This document shows positions 27,607 through 37,933 of a stretch of 64,000 nucleotides of DNA, one piece after another. Source of the DNA: Candidatus Eiseniibacteriota bacterium (GTDB taxonomy: Bacteria > Eisenbacteria > RBG-16-71-46); assembly GCA_963717935.1 (NCBI GenBank), contig CAVQXP010000002.1:192001-256000 (forward strand), read 5' to 3'. The notes below the pieces were generated by a model, which did no database searches, was not told the DNA's origin, and saw only the letters and a program-made list of their open reading frames with translations. A program made the position numbers and the translations under genes. Within the stretch, counting starts at the first letter, position 1. Every line of letters begins with the position of its first letter.

Positions 27607-28064
27607 CCGACGAATCGATCCTCGAACGCATCCAGCTGGAGATGACCGCCGCGATGAAGTCGCGGGACGCCGACACCCTGAGCACGCTGCGCATGCTGAA
27701 GGCGGCGCTCATGGAGGCCAGGACCAAGAAGGCGAAGGATGCCGCGTTCACCCGCGACGAGGAGATCGAGGTGCTCCAGCGCTACGCCAAGAAGCGCCGC
27801 GAGACCATCGAGGAACTGCAGAAGATCGGGCGCGCGGACCTGGTCGCGAGCGAAGAGCGGGAGATCGCCGTCACGCAGCGCTACCTGCCGGAGATGCTCT
27901 CGGAGGACGAGGTGCGAGCGGTGGTGCTCGAGGCGGTGGCGAAGACCGGAGCGGCGAGCCCCAGGGACATGGGGAAGGTGATGGGCGTGGTCATGGCGCA
28001 GGTGAAGGGCCGGACCGACGGCGCGACCGTCTCGCGCCTGGTCAAGGAGTCGCTGGGGGGCTGA
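27603..28064 (+). CDS. GatB/YqeY domain protein
   Basis: AMKSRD..TLRMLKAAL, KKRRE, YLPEML, DMGKVMG...GRTDG. Confidence 0.92.
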   Translation: MTDESILERIQLEMTAAMKSRDADTLSTLRMLKAALMEARTKKAKDAAFTRDEEIEVLQRYAKKRRETIEELQKIGRADLVASEEREIAVTQRYLPEMLSEDEVRAVVLEAVAKTGAASPRDMGKVMGVVMAQVKGRTDGATVSRLVKESLGG

Positions 28065-28857
28065 GCGGCCCGCCCTGCGTGTCGCCCGGTGCGGCGGTGG
28101 AGTCCGGCGGTGGCGTGGGTGGCCGCAGACCCAGGGCCTGGCCGTGCTGGGTCTCGTCGAGGGCGCCACGCCGGCGCATGCGCGAGGCGATCATGCGCAC
28201 GCGGCGCTCGATGCGTCGCGGCGGATCGAGCACCGAGTAGCGGTGCGGGTTGATGATGACCGCCGCCAGCAGCAGCGCCTGCCGCGGGGAGAGGTCCATG
28301 GCGGAGACCCCGAAGTAGCGCCGCGCCGCGGCCTCGGCCCCGAAGACCCCGTCACCCCACTCGATCAGGTTGAGATAGAGCTCGAAGATGCGGCGCTTGG
28401 AGAGGGTGCGCTCCATGCGCAGCGCCAGGAACACCTCGGTGAGCTTGCGCGTGACGGTGCGCTGGTCCCCCAGGAAGAGGTTCTTCGCGAGTTGCTGCGT
28501 GATCGTGCTGCCGCCGCGCACCACGCGGCGCTCCTCGAGGTCGCGGCGTGCCGCCGCCCTGAGCTCGCTCCAGTCCAGCCCGCCGTGCTGGTAGAAGGCG
28601 TCGTCCTCGGCGGTGAGCACGGCGCGCCGCAGGAGCGGAGAGATGTGGTCATAGGGCACCCAGGTTTGCCGCATGCGCCAGGGCCGACCCCGGCGCGCCG
28701 CCGCGGCTTCGCGCTCGAGCATGAGCGCGGTGCGCCGGGGGACGGCGCGCGTCAGGCGCGCCACGTCGTAAAGCCCGGCGCGCGCGGCCGAGAGGGCGAC
28801 GAGGGCGGCGCAGGCGCCGAGCAGCAGGGCCGCAAGCAGCAGCAGCGCGCGTTTCAC
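28042..28857 (-). CDS. mtgA: Monofunctional peptidoglycan transglycosylase
   Basis: N-terminal TM, WVPYDHIS, AEDDAFYQHGG, RGGSTITQQLAKNLFL, RKLTE, YLNLIEWG. Confidence 0.92.
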   Translation of the reverse strand: MKRALLLLAALLLGACAALVALSAARAGLYDVARLTRAVPRRTALMLEREAAAARRGRPWRMRQTWVPYDHISPLLRRAVLTAEDDAFYQHGGLDWSELRAAARRDLEERRVVRGGSTITQQLAKNLFLGDQRTVTRKLTEVFLALRMERTLSKRRIFELYLNLIEWGDGVFGAEAAARRYFGVSAMDLSPRQALLLAAVIINPHRYSVLDPPRRIERRVRMIASRMRRRGALDETQHGQALGLRPPTPPPDSTAAPGDTQGGPLSPPATP

Positions 28858-29139
28858 GCGAAGTTTCGCAGCCGATCGGATTCCAGTTCGTCCGGTGCGC
28901 CCGAGGGGATCATGGCGGCTCCAGGAGGGAGAGGCTCGGAGCCCGAGTCTAGACAGGCGGTAGCGGCGAGACAAGCCCGACGTGGAGTGCGCAGGCGAGC
29001 CTCCGGATCGGCCGGGTCACATCGGGTCTTGCCTGCCGTGGCAATCGGTTCCTATACTGCCGCCCGTATCGCACCTTCACGACCCGGGCCGGGTGAGCCC
29101 GGCCTTCGTCCTCCCCGGAGCCGCGAGGAGTCCACCAGC

Positions 29140-29934
29140 ATGATCGATGCCGCGGCCTGTCCCGACCTCCTCCTCGAGGCACGCGGCCCGGTGACCGTGC
29201 TCAAGGTGAACCGCCCCGACCGGCTGAACGCGCTGAGCCGCGACACGCTGGGGCAGATCGGTCGGGCGGTGCGCGCGTTCGCCGCCGACCCGGCGCAGGG
29301 TGCCCTGGTCGTGACGGGAGCGGGGGAGAAGAGCTTCGTCGCGGGCGCCGACATCGCGGAACTGGCGGCCCTGGGCCCGGCCGAGGCGGAGGAGTACTCG
29401 CGCTCCGGCCAGTCCGTGATGGACCTGATCGAGCGCTCGGCGAAACCCGTGATCGCGGCCATCAACGGCTACGCCCTGGGCGGTGGCTGCGAGCTGGCGC
29501 TGGCCTGCCATCTCCGGATCGCCGCGGAGAACGCGGTGCTGGGACTGCCCGAGGTGGAGCTGGGCGTCATTCCCGGCTATGGCGGCACCCAGCGGCTGCC
29601 GCGGAACGTGGGGCTGGGGCGGGCGATCGAGTTGGTCGTGACCGGGCGCCGCGTCCGGGCGGACGAGGCGCTGGCGCTGGGCCTCGTGAGCCGCGTGGTT
29701 CCGCAGTCCGCGCTGCTCGCGGAGGCGGAATCGCTTGCGCTCGCGATCCTCAGGAATGGGCCGCTCGCCGTGGCGGCGGCACTCGAGGCGATGCGCGACG
29801 GCATGCAGTTGCCGCTCGACGCGGGGCTGCGTCTCGAGAGCGAGAAGTTCGGCCGCCTGGCGGCCAGCGAAGACATGCACGAGGGACTCCGGGCCTTCGT
29901 CGACAAGCGTCCGGCGGACTTCCAGGGGAGGTGA
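29140..29934 (+). CDS. Enoyl-CoA hydratase/isomerase (crotonase family)
   Basis: NRPDRLNAL, FVAGADI, AINGYALGGGCELALAC, GLPEVELGVIPGYGGTQRL. Confidence 0.93.
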   Translation: MIDAAACPDLLLEARGPVTVLKVNRPDRLNALSRDTLGQIGRAVRAFAADPAQGALVVTGAGEKSFVAGADIAELAALGPAEAEEYSRSGQSVMDLIERSAKPVIAAINGYALGGGCELALACHLRIAAENAVLGLPEVELGVIPGYGGTQRLPRNVGLGRAIELVVTGRRVRADEALALGLVSRVVPQSALLAEAESLALAILRNGPLAVAAALEAMRDGMQLPLDAGLRLESEKFGRLAASEDMHEGLRAFVDKRPADFQGR

Positions 29935-29935
29935 C

Positions 29936-30388
29936 GTGGATTCGACCCAGATGCACGACCTGCTCGCCATGCTGCTCTCGACCGTGCTCGGCACCCTTGT
30001 CGGCTGGGAGCGGCAGATGGGACGCAAGCCGGCGGGTCTGCGCACACACGTACTGGTCTGTCTCGGCTCGACCATGTTCGTGCTGATGGCGCCGCACGCG
30101 ATGCGCAGCTTCGGCATGAACCAGTTCGACCCCACGCGCATCGTGCACGGGGTCATCACCGGCGTGGGTTTCCTGGGCGCGGGCAGCATCATGCGCCAGG
30201 AGGGCTACGTGGCCGGCCTCACCACCGCGGCGAGCATCTGGATCGTGGCGGCCATCGGCACGGCCGTCGGCGTGCATGCCTACATGCTGGCCGTCTTCGG
30301 CACGGTGCTCACGCTGGTCGTGCTCGAGTGGTACCGCTGGATCGAGCGCTGGCTCTCGCCCCACAGCGAGAACTCGGGCGACAACTGA
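29936..30388 (+). CDS. MgtC/SapB family membrane protein
   Basis: GWERQ..KPAGLRTHVLV, DPTRI...ITGVGFLGAG, GLTTAASIW. Confidence 0.93.
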   Translation: MDSTQMHDLLAMLLSTVLGTLVGWERQMGRKPAGLRTHVLVCLGSTMFVLMAPHAMRSFGMNQFDPTRIVHGVITGVGFLGAGSIMRQEGYVAGLTTAASIWIVAAIGTAVGVHAYMLAVFGTVLTLVVLEWYRWIERWLSPHSENSGDN

Positions 30389-30434
30389 GTCCAGAGGGCC
30401 AGCCCCTCCCGGTGCCGGGCGAGCGGCGCAGTTC

Positions 30435-31586
30435 CTACTGCCCGGTGGTGACGGTGACGGTCGTCCAGCTGCGCGCGGGCTGACCGAACCGCTCGGCGGG
30501 GACGAAGCGCCAGCCCGGCAGCGACTGGAGCAGCACCGCGACGAGCGGCGCCGGCAGGTCGTCGGACGGGACCCAGGGCAACTCGCACAGCACCGCCTGG
30601 CCGCGCTCGTCCACCAGGACGGGCAGGATGATGCGCAGGGGCTTGATCTCCACCAGGACGGAATCGGGCACCGGGACCATGGTGCGCCGAAGCACCACGG
30701 CGTTCCGGTCGAGCGGCAGGGCCGATTCGAGCTTCGGCCCGGTGGGCGAGGCCAGCAGGCCCGCTTCGCGTCCGCCGGTGAGGAACACGCCGGGCAGCGA
30801 GTCGGGCGTGGCGCCGGGGAAGAAACGCAGGCGCCGCCGCGCACGCACGGCGGGCTCGTAGAGCGAGTCGAGCGCGGCGGCGGTGGCGAAGCGCTGGAGC
30901 GCATCGCCGCGGTGGCCCGCCTGCCACTCGAAGAGCCCGACGAGATACTGCGCCTCGGGGAGCATGGGGTCGAGGTACGCTGCCAGCCGCGCCTGGCGCT
31001 CCGCGCCGGGGAGGTCGCCCGCGCGGCCGGAGCACACGGCCACCACGAGCCACTCCCGGCCGGCGAGCGGCCGCTCCGTCACGCCCAGGCGCGCGGCGGC
31101 GCGGGCCTCCTCCCAGCGGCCGAGCCGGGCGTCCACCTCGGCCCGCGCCCGCGCGATGGTCCAGCGCCAGCCGTCGTACACGCCGTTCATCCACAGCGCG
31201 TCAAGGTTGGGGCCGTACGGGCGGCGCCGTGCCGGCGGGCAGGAATCGGCGAGGGCCGTGCTCAGCAGCGGGCCGTGCAGGAGGACGCGCGCGGAGTCGG
31301 GCAGACCCGCACGCGCCAGGTCCAGCGCGAGCGCGAACTCCAGATCCGCATCGGGCTCCACCTGTGCGCGCAGGCCGCGCAGCGCCACCACCGCCGAGTC
31401 GTACTCGCCAAGGTCCTCGAACTGCCTCGCCAGCCGGGCTCGCTCGATCAGAGGGCCCGGCTGGACGGCGGGCACGGTCACTGGAGCGAGTGCCGAGGGC
31501 GCGCTCGGAAGCTGTGCGGCGAACGCCGCGGGGACGAAGGCCTGCACCGCCAGAGCGACGAGCACGGCCCTCGTCCTCCACCGCAT
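30435..31586 (-). CDS. Secreted TPR-like protein with a C-terminal TonB-C-like domain
   Basis: Signal peptide MRWRTRAVLVALAVQAFVPAAFAA, helical TPR-like repeats, C-terminal VLVDERG...WRFVPA...GQP; TGATG overlap with the upstream gene. Confidence 0.6.
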   Translation of the reverse strand: MRWRTRAVLVALAVQAFVPAAFAAQLPSAPSALAPVTVPAVQPGPLIERARLARQFEDLGEYDSAVVALRGLRAQVEPDADLEFALALDLARAGLPDSARVLLHGPLLSTALADSCPPARRRPYGPNLDALWMNGVYDGWRWTIARARAEVDARLGRWEEARAAARLGVTERPLAGREWLVVAVCSGRAGDLPGAERQARLAAYLDPMLPEAQYLVGLFEWQAGHRGDALQRFATAAALDSLYEPAVRARRRLRFFPGATPDSLPGVFLTGGREAGLLASPTGPKLESALPLDRNAVVLRRTMVPVPDSVLVEIKPLRIILPVLVDERGQAVLCELPWVPSDDLPAPLVAVLLQSLPGWRFVPAERFGQPARSWTTVTVTTGQ

Positions 31587-32839
31587 CACGGCCGGCCTCG
31601 CGACTCGCGGGTCTCGTCCAGGGAATCCAGCACCGCGCGGATCTCGGTCTCGGTGAGCACGCGGTCCACGCTCCGCGCGCGCTGGACCAGCGCCTGAGCG
31701 CGCTCGGGCGAGGGCTCGAGGCCGCGGCTCTGGAGCCACCAGACCGCGTTGCCCGCGCCGCTCAGGGGGCCGATCTCGATCTCCAGACGGCGCCCGACGA
31801 GGGCCGCCGGCACGCCGGAATAGGCCCGCTCCGCGATCACCTCCCGCCCATCGCGCACGGCCTTGAGCATCGCGGCCGTATGCACGCCGCTGCCGCTGCG
31901 GAAGCTGTCGCGGCCCGCGACGGGGTAGCCGGGCGGGATCGGCACGCCCGTCGCCGCGCTCACCTCCCGGCAGTACTCGTCGAGCGCGGTGAGATCGTTC
32001 TCGATCCAGCCCAGCAGGCGCAGGTTCACGAGCAACTGGTCCAGCGGCGTGTTGCCCGCGCGCTCGCCGAGGCCGAGCGCGCAGCCGTGCGCCCGGCTCA
32101 CGCCGGCCCGGATGGCGCTCAACGTGTTCGCGACGCCGAGCCCGCGATCCGAGTGGCCGTGCCAGTCGAGTCCCACTTCGGTGCCGCTCTCGCGCACCAC
32201 CTCGCGCGCGAAGCGCACCAGGCTCGCCGCGCCCGCCGGTGTGGCGTGTCCCACCGTGTCCGACAAGCAGAGCCGCTGGGCACCGCTGCGGATGGCGGCG
32301 AGGAACAACCGGCGCAGCGTGTCGGGCTCCGCGCGTACCGTGTCCTCGGTCACGCAGGACACAGGCAGACCGCTGGCGGCCGCGTAGCTCACCGCCTCTT
32401 CGGTGTGGCGCTGCATCAGGTCCACGGTCCAGCCCTCGGCGTACTGGCGAATGGGGGAGGAGCCGATGAAGACGCACACCTCGATCGGGATGCCCACCTT
32501 CTGCGAGATCTCGAGGATGGCCGCGATGTCCGGCCGCAGGGGCCGCGCCGCGCAGTTCGGGCGCAGGGCGAGCCGCGCGTCGCGGATCTCCTCGGCGAGC
32601 CGCGTCACTTCGCGCACCGCGTGGGGCCCGGCACCCGGCAGCCCGAGGTCGGCGGTGTCCACGCCGAGCCGGTCCATCAGGTGCAGGATCGCGAGCTTCC
32701 TCTCGATGGACGGGCTGTGTACCGCGGGTGCCTGCAGTCCGTCGCGCAGCGTCTGGTCGTCGAGCTGGATGCGGAACGCGGGCTTCTCCCAGCGCTCGCC
32801 GGCTTCGTTCCAGTCGTACATCGGCTCGTGCTCATCCAT
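31586..32839 (-). CDS. LeuA-like (DRE-TIM, isopropylmalate/homocitrate synthase family) enzyme lacking a regulatory domain
   Basis: DQTLRDGLQ, LSDTVG, HGHSDRG, GLGERAGN, SGVH. Confidence 0.85.
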   Translation of the reverse strand: MDEHEPMYDWNEAGERWEKPAFRIQLDDQTLRDGLQAPAVHSPSIERKLAILHLMDRLGVDTADLGLPGAGPHAVREVTRLAEEIRDARLALRPNCAARPLRPDIAAILEISQKVGIPIEVCVFIGSSPIRQYAEGWTVDLMQRHTEEAVSYAAASGLPVSCVTEDTVRAEPDTLRRLFLAAIRSGAQRLCLSDTVGHATPAGAASLVRFAREVVRESGTEVGLDWHGHSDRGLGVANTLSAIRAGVSRAHGCALGLGERAGNTPLDQLLVNLRLLGWIENDLTALDEYCREVSAATGVPIPPGYPVAGRDSFRSGSGVHTAAMLKAVRDGREVIAERAYSGVPAALVGRRLEIEIGPLSGAGNAVWWLQSRGLEPSPERAQALVQRARSVDRVLTETEIRAVLDSLDETRESRGRP

Positions 32840-33323
32840 GGGACGCCGAGACTCCAGGGTGGAAGGTCGCAGGGCAGGATCGCAGAGTAGCCCGCCGGTC
32901 ACGCGCCCACAACACGGGCAAGGCCATGCTTCGCGGCGTCGCCGCGGCGGCTGCCGGACGGGTTGGGCGTGGGCCGGAGTTCTTTGCGCGGCAGGGGATT
33001 GCCCCGCGCGCCTCAGAAGATGGATCATGGGATGCCCGCGCGCGTTGACGTCGAACACCGCGACCGCCTCCCGCAGCCGCTTCGCGCCCGGCAGACTGCG
33101 GTCGTTCACCTGACTTTCGGGGTCGTCGCGTGGACGTGCGTGGGGTCCGCGATCCACGCGTCGTACCGGGCGGGCAGCGCCCGGAGGCCTGCCCCCCGGT
33201 CTGTGCGAATATCCAGCCATCCGCCGGCTCCGGGCCGGCGGATGGGAACGCGCTTGGATGCCACGGTTGGCGTGTGCGTCCGGAGCGCAGCGAGATCCAC
33301 GGGCGGCGAAGGGCGATGACACG

Positions 33324-33743
33324 ATGCGATCGAAGACCGAGTACCTGACGATGGAACTGCCGACCCGGCGTGGGTTCGTGAACATCACGTCCGAGGTGGA
33401 GCGCGTGGTGCGCGAGAGTGGCGTGCGCGAGGGGCTCGTGCTGGTGAATCCCATGCACATCACGGCCAGCGTCTTCATCAACGACGACGAGGGCGGGCTG
33501 CACTCCGACTACGAGCGCTGGCTCGAGCGGTTGGCGCCGCACGCGCCGGTGGACCAGTACCGGCACAACGACACGGGCGAGGACAACGCCGACGCGCACC
33601 TGAAGCGGCAGGTCATGGGGCGCGAGGTGGTCGTCGCGATCACCGGTGGCCGGCTCGACTTCGGCCGCTGGGAGCAGATCTTCTACGGCGAGTTCGACGG
33701 CCGCCGCAGGAAGCGCGTCCTCGTGAAGGTGATCGGGGAGTGA
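33324..33743 (+). CDS. yjbQ: YjbQ/UPF0047 family protein
   Basis: [43 protein letters not shown]. Confidence 0.93.
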   Translation: MRSKTEYLTMELPTRRGFVNITSEVERVVRESGVREGLVLVNPMHITASVFINDDEGGLHSDYERWLERLAPHAPVDQYRHNDTGEDNADAHLKRQVMGREVVVAITGGRLDFGRWEQIFYGEFDGRRRKRVLVKVIGE

Positions 33744-34003
33744 GCGATGCCCTCGGGCGGGGCTTCACGGAGCGCTTGAAGTGGGCCCGTCGCCGCCACG
33801 TGCCCGGTCGGCGGCTCGGAGCGCCCGGGACAGGCTTCGGGCCCCGGCCGCACCCGGGTCGCGCCCCGCTTCTCGCGCGGCCGGCTTTTCGCTAGAGTCC
33901 GTCCGAACGGTCCTGCCGAGGGAGCCTGCCACGGGGCCTCCTCCGTCCGCAGGCCCGGACCCGGGCCCGCGACCCTCCCCGTCATTCCGAAGGAGCACCT
34001 TCC

Positions 34004-35221
34004 GTGACCCCATCCCTCGTCGAATCGCTCGCCCTCGAGAACACGACGCGGATCGTGCTGCTCGTCCTCGACGGGCTCGGCGACCTGCCGAACCCCGACC
34101 GTGAATGGCTCACCCCGCTCGAGGCGGCGCGCACGCCCAACTTCGACGCCCTCGCTCCGCGTTGCGCGCTCGGGCGGATCCTGCCAGTGGCCCCGGGCAT
34201 CACGCCCGGCAGCGGCCCCGGGCATCTCGCGCTCTTCGGCTACGACCCGGTCGAGACCGTGGTGGGTCGCGGCGTGCTGGAGGCGATCGGCGCCGGCTTC
34301 GAGCTCCAGCCGGGTGACGTCGCGGCGCGCGCGAACTTCTGCGCCGTGGACGGCGCCGGGGTGATCACCGATCGGCGGGCGGGCCGCATCCCCAGCGAGG
34401 AGTGTGCGCGCCTGGTGGGACGGCTGCAGGCGGAGATCCAGCGCATCGAGGACGTCGAGATCCTGCTCCGGGCGGGCAAGGGTCACCGCTTCGTGGTGGT
34501 GTTGCGGGGTCCGGGACTGGCGGGCGAGGTGAGTGACGCCGACCCTCACAAGGAGGGGAGGACGACGCCGCCCGCGGTACCGCTCGCAGCGGAGGCCGGC
34601 GCGGCGAAGACGGCGCGCGTCGTCAACGCGCTGATCGCGCGGGCCGCGAAGGTTCTGGAGGAGGAGCGCCCGGCGAACGCGGTGCTGATGCGCGGGCTCT
34701 CGGCTCGTCCGCACTTCCCGGGCTTCCGGGAGCGCTTCAAGCTGCGCGCCGCGGCGCTGGCCGCCTACCCGATGTATCGCGGCGTGGCGCAACTCGCCGG
34801 CATGGCGGTGCTGCCCGTGGGCGACACGCCCGGCGACGCCTTCGCGGCGGCCGGGCGCGCGTGGAACGATCACGACTTCTTCTTCATCCACATCAAGGGC
34901 ACCGACCAGGCGGGGGAGGACGGCAACTTCGACGCCAAGGTCGCGACCATCGAGGCCGTGGACCAGGCTTTGCCCGCGCTGCTCGCGCTCAAGCCCGATG
35001 TGCTGTGCGTGAGTGGCGACCACTCGACGCCGGTGCCGGTGAAGCAGCATTCCTGGCACCCGGTGCCGACGCTGGTACACGCGCCCTTCTGCGGCGCGGA
35101 CCGGCTGCCCCGCTTCCACGAGCGGAACGCGCGTGCCGGCAGCCTCGGCGTGTTCCCGAGCAGGGACCTGATGGCCGTGCTGATGGCGAATGCCGGCCGC
35201 CTCGACAAGTACGGAGCGTGA
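34004..35221 (+). CDS. apgM: 2,3-bisphosphoglycerate-independent phosphoglycerate mutase (ApgM type)
   Basis: LVLDGLGD, TPLEAARTPNFD, PGSGPGHLALFGYDP, HIKGTD..GEDG, SGDHSTP, HSWHPVP. Confidence 0.92.
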   Translation: MTPSLVESLALENTTRIVLLVLDGLGDLPNPDREWLTPLEAARTPNFDALAPRCALGRILPVAPGITPGSGPGHLALFGYDPVETVVGRGVLEAIGAGFELQPGDVAARANFCAVDGAGVITDRRAGRIPSEECARLVGRLQAEIQRIEDVEILLRAGKGHRFVVVLRGPGLAGEVSDADPHKEGRTTPPAVPLAAEAGAAKTARVVNALIARAAKVLEEERPANAVLMRGLSARPHFPGFRERFKLRAAALAAYPMYRGVAQLAGMAVLPVGDTPGDAFAAAGRAWNDHDFFFIHIKGTDQAGEDGNFDAKVATIEAVDQALPALLALKPDVLCVSGDHSTPVPVKQHSWHPVPTLVHAPFCGADRLPRFHERNARAGSLGVFPSRDLMAVLMANAGRLDKYGA

Positions 35222-36351
35222 ACGTGCGGACTTCATGGTCTTGGCTGTGCGCGGCCGTCCTCCTGGTCACGGCGTCCGATGCCGGGGCTCAGCCTCCCGC
35301 TCCGCTCGACGTCGCCAGGTTCTACCCCTTCCCGGGCGCCGTCCCGGGCCCGGCCTCCGCGGTCTCGACGGGGCTCGCGCTCGCCGACCGCTGGCTCGGC
35401 GACGAGCCCTTCGAGAACCCCGCAGCCTCGCCGGCGCGCGGGGTCATGGTGGCCCCGGTGTTCCAGCGCGTGAAGCGGCAGGACCTGCCCGCGGACTACC
35501 GCGACTACGACGAGATCGCGGGCTACCTGGACCTGGCTGGGGGCTGGCTCTCGCTGCCGGTGCGAGGGCTCGGCGTCACGCTCTACGCGTTCGAGCCCGT
35601 GCTGCGGCTCGAGGACGCGGCCTTCACCGCGAAGCCGGACGAGGTGCCCGGCACCTTCGCCGCCACGAGCAGTGCGCGCGAGTTGCGCGCCGGCCTCGCG
35701 CTCTCGCGTGCGTGGTTCGGCGCGCGGTTCGGCGCGGCGGTCGAGTGGACCCGCCGGGAGGACTTCTACGACTTCACCGAGTTCTCGGGCAGCCCGCTCG
35801 CGGGACTGCGCCACGTGGACTTCTCGGGCGACGGCATCGGCTTCCAGGCCGGCGCGAGCGTCCCGGTCGCTTCCGTCGTCGCGCTCGGCGGCGCGCTGCG
35901 CTACGTGCCGTCGCTCGACCTTTGCGGCCGGCAGACGATCGAGGCCGAGGGCCTGGTGCAGGACGTCTTGGTCACGCGCGAGGCGGGCTGGGACGGGGGC
36001 GTCTCGGCGCGCTGGACGGTGAGCGACGCGTTCCGCGTGCTCGCCTCGCTGGGGGGCCGCACGGCGCAGGCGTGGGACGGCTTCGGCGTCTCGGCCGGCC
36101 GCGCCGTGAGCTGGAGTGCGGGCTTCGAATACGAGGAGCCCGAGCAACCCTGGACGTTCCGCTTCGGCCTGGGCCAGGAGCAGCAGGACGGCACGCCCGA
36201 ACCCCGCGCCGGCGTGTACGCGCTGGGAGTGGGCTGGAAGGCCGAAGCGCTGTGGCTGGACCTGGGCGTGTTGCGGCGCTCGTTCGAGCGCGTGGGGAGG
36301 GCCACGTCGTACGACGACCGGGTCGTCGCCGGCCTGACGGTCGGGCTCTGA
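35218..36351 (+). CDS. Putative outer-membrane beta-barrel protein (FadL/PorV-like)
   Basis: GTGA overlap with apgM, signal peptide, NPA motif near the N-terminus, many amphipathic strands. Confidence 0.6.
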   Translation: MNVRTSWSWLCAAVLLVTASDAGAQPPAPLDVARFYPFPGAVPGPASAVSTGLALADRWLGDEPFENPAASPARGVMVAPVFQRVKRQDLPADYRDYDEIAGYLDLAGGWLSLPVRGLGVTLYAFEPVLRLEDAAFTAKPDEVPGTFAATSSARELRAGLALSRAWFGARFGAAVEWTRREDFYDFTEFSGSPLAGLRHVDFSGDGIGFQAGASVPVASVVALGGALRYVPSLDLCGRQTIEAEGLVQDVLVTREAGWDGGVSARWTVSDAFRVLASLGGRTAQAWDGFGVSAGRAVSWSAGFEYEEPEQPWTFRFGLGQEQQDGTPEPRAGVYALGVGWKAEALWLDLGVLRRSFERVGRATSYDDRVVAGLTVGL

Positions 36352-36478
36352 CGGGATTCCCGGCTGCAGGTCCGCACCCGCTCCCTTGTGCTAGACTGCG
36401 GCCGCTTCCGGCCCGGTTGCCCCGGCCCGGGACGGACTTCCGGATTCCGGGGCCCGCGGTTCTCCCTGGAATTCCTGT

Positions 36479-36560
36479 GCGAGAGTGGCGGAACTGGCAG
36501 ACGCGCCGGATTTAGGATCCGGTGGGGAAACTCGTGGGGGTTCAAATCCCCCCTCTCGCA
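36479..36560 (+). tRNA. tRNA-Leu(TAG), CCA not encoded
   Basis: GCGAGAG/CTCTCGC acceptor stem, CCGGA-TTTAGGA-TCCGG anticodon arm, long variable arm, GGTTCAAATCC; typical position before tig. Confidence 0.95.
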
Positions 36561-36608
36561 GAATCCCCAGCCCGACGTTCCAACACGTCACGGAGTGAGA
36601 CTCGACGC

Positions 36609-37904
36609 ATGAACCTATCGGTACGTTCGACGGGAAACTGGCAGCACACGCTGGACATCGAGATCCCGGTGGAGGAGGTGGACGGCCGGCTGGAGGAGGT
36701 CGCGCGCCAGCTGCAGCGCCGCGCGAGCCTGCCCGGCTTCCGCAAGGGACGGGTCCCGCTGGACATGGTGCGCCAGCATTACGCGGAGGCGGTGGAGCAG
36801 GAGTTCCTCGAGACCTTCGTGCCACGCTTCGCCACCGAGGCCATCGATGAGGCGAAACTCGCGCCGGTCGTCACCCCGATCGTCCGCAATCTGAGCTTCG
36901 GGCCCGGCAAGCCGCTGCGCTTCGAGGCGGTGGTCGAGGTCCGGCCCGAGGTGGAGGCGAAGGACTACAAGGGCATCAAGGTGCAGCGGCACACGAGCCC
37001 CGTGGACGACACGGCGGTGGCCGCGGTCCTGCAGCAGCTCCGGGAGGACTCGGCCGTCTTCGCGGACCTGGCCCGGCCGGCCGAGCGCGGGGACGTCGTG
37101 CTGCTCGACTCGGTCCGGGTGGACGCCAACGGCCGGCGCATGTCCGGCACCCGGGCGAAGAACCGGCGCATCGAGCTGGGGGCCGCCGGCGTGGCGCCCG
37201 AGCTCGAGAGCGGGTTGCTGGGGGCCGAGCCCGGCCAGGAGCGCACCATCGAGATCCAGTACCCGGCCGACTACCCGGCCGAGGAACTGGCCGGGAAGAG
37301 CGCCCGGTACCTGGTTTCGGTGCGGAAAATCCAGGAGAAGAAGTTGCGTGACCTGGACGATAACCTTGCCAAGGAGGTCTTCGGGCTGCAGTCGTTCGAA
37401 GAACTGCGCTCGCGTGTGCGCCTGAACCTCGAAGGGGAGGAGCGCGTGCGGGTCCGACGCGAACTGGACTCGGCGGTCTCCGCCGAGCTCATCCGACGCA
37501 GTCCCTTCGACCTGCCCGGCGGGCTGACGCAGCGCACGCTCGAGCGGGTGATCGAGGAGGCGGTCCAGGGGCGGACGGTCCCCGAGGACCTGCGCAAGCA
37601 ACTCGAGGAGCGCTACCGTCCGGGCGTGGAACAGTCGCTGAAGCGCGAGGTCCTGCTGGACGCGGTGGCGCGCCAGGAGAAGCTCGAGGTCAGCGACGAG
37701 GAGGTGGCCGGGGAGATCCAGCGCATGGCGCAGTCGGACCCGCGGCAGGCGGCCCGGGTGCGGGCGCGCTACCAGTCGGCCGAGCGCCGCGAGGCGCTGC
37801 GCGATTCGCTGCTGGAGCGCAAGGCGCTGGACTGGTTGATCGACGCGGCCGAGATCGTGGACGAGGCGGCGGCATCGCCGCTCATCATGCCGGCCGGCCG
37901 CTGA
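36609..37904 (+). CDS. tig: Trigger factor
   Basis: Ribosome-binding signature PGFRKGRVP, FKBP-like middle domain, tig-clpP-clpX-lon synteny. Confidence 0.94.
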   Translation: MNLSVRSTGNWQHTLDIEIPVEEVDGRLEEVARQLQRRASLPGFRKGRVPLDMVRQHYAEAVEQEFLETFVPRFATEAIDEAKLAPVVTPIVRNLSFGPGKPLRFEAVVEVRPEVEAKDYKGIKVQRHTSPVDDTAVAAVLQQLREDSAVFADLARPAERGDVVLLDSVRVDANGRRMSGTRAKNRRIELGAAGVAPELESGLLGAEPGQERTIEIQYPADYPAEELAGKSARYLVSVRKIQEKKLRDLDDNLAKEVFGLQSFEELRSRVRLNLEGEERVRVRRELDSAVSAELIRRSPFDLPGGLTQRTLERVIEEAVQGRTVPEDLRKQLEERYRPGVEQSLKREVLLDAVARQEKLEVSDEEVAGEIQRMAQSDPRQAARVRARYQSAERREALRDSLLERKALDWLIDAAEIVDEAAASPLIMPAGR

Positions 37905-37933
37905 GTCGGGACGGACGAGGGAGGTAGCGGGGT

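Noticed and set aside
32840..33320. N-terminal extension of the LeuA-like ORF or a small separate gene
   Set aside because: No recognisable motif or clear RBS; cannot be supported
36479..36560. tRNA-Leu as an integration site
   Set aside because: No integrase and no duplicated tRNA 3' end; normal tRNA-Leu-tig synteny
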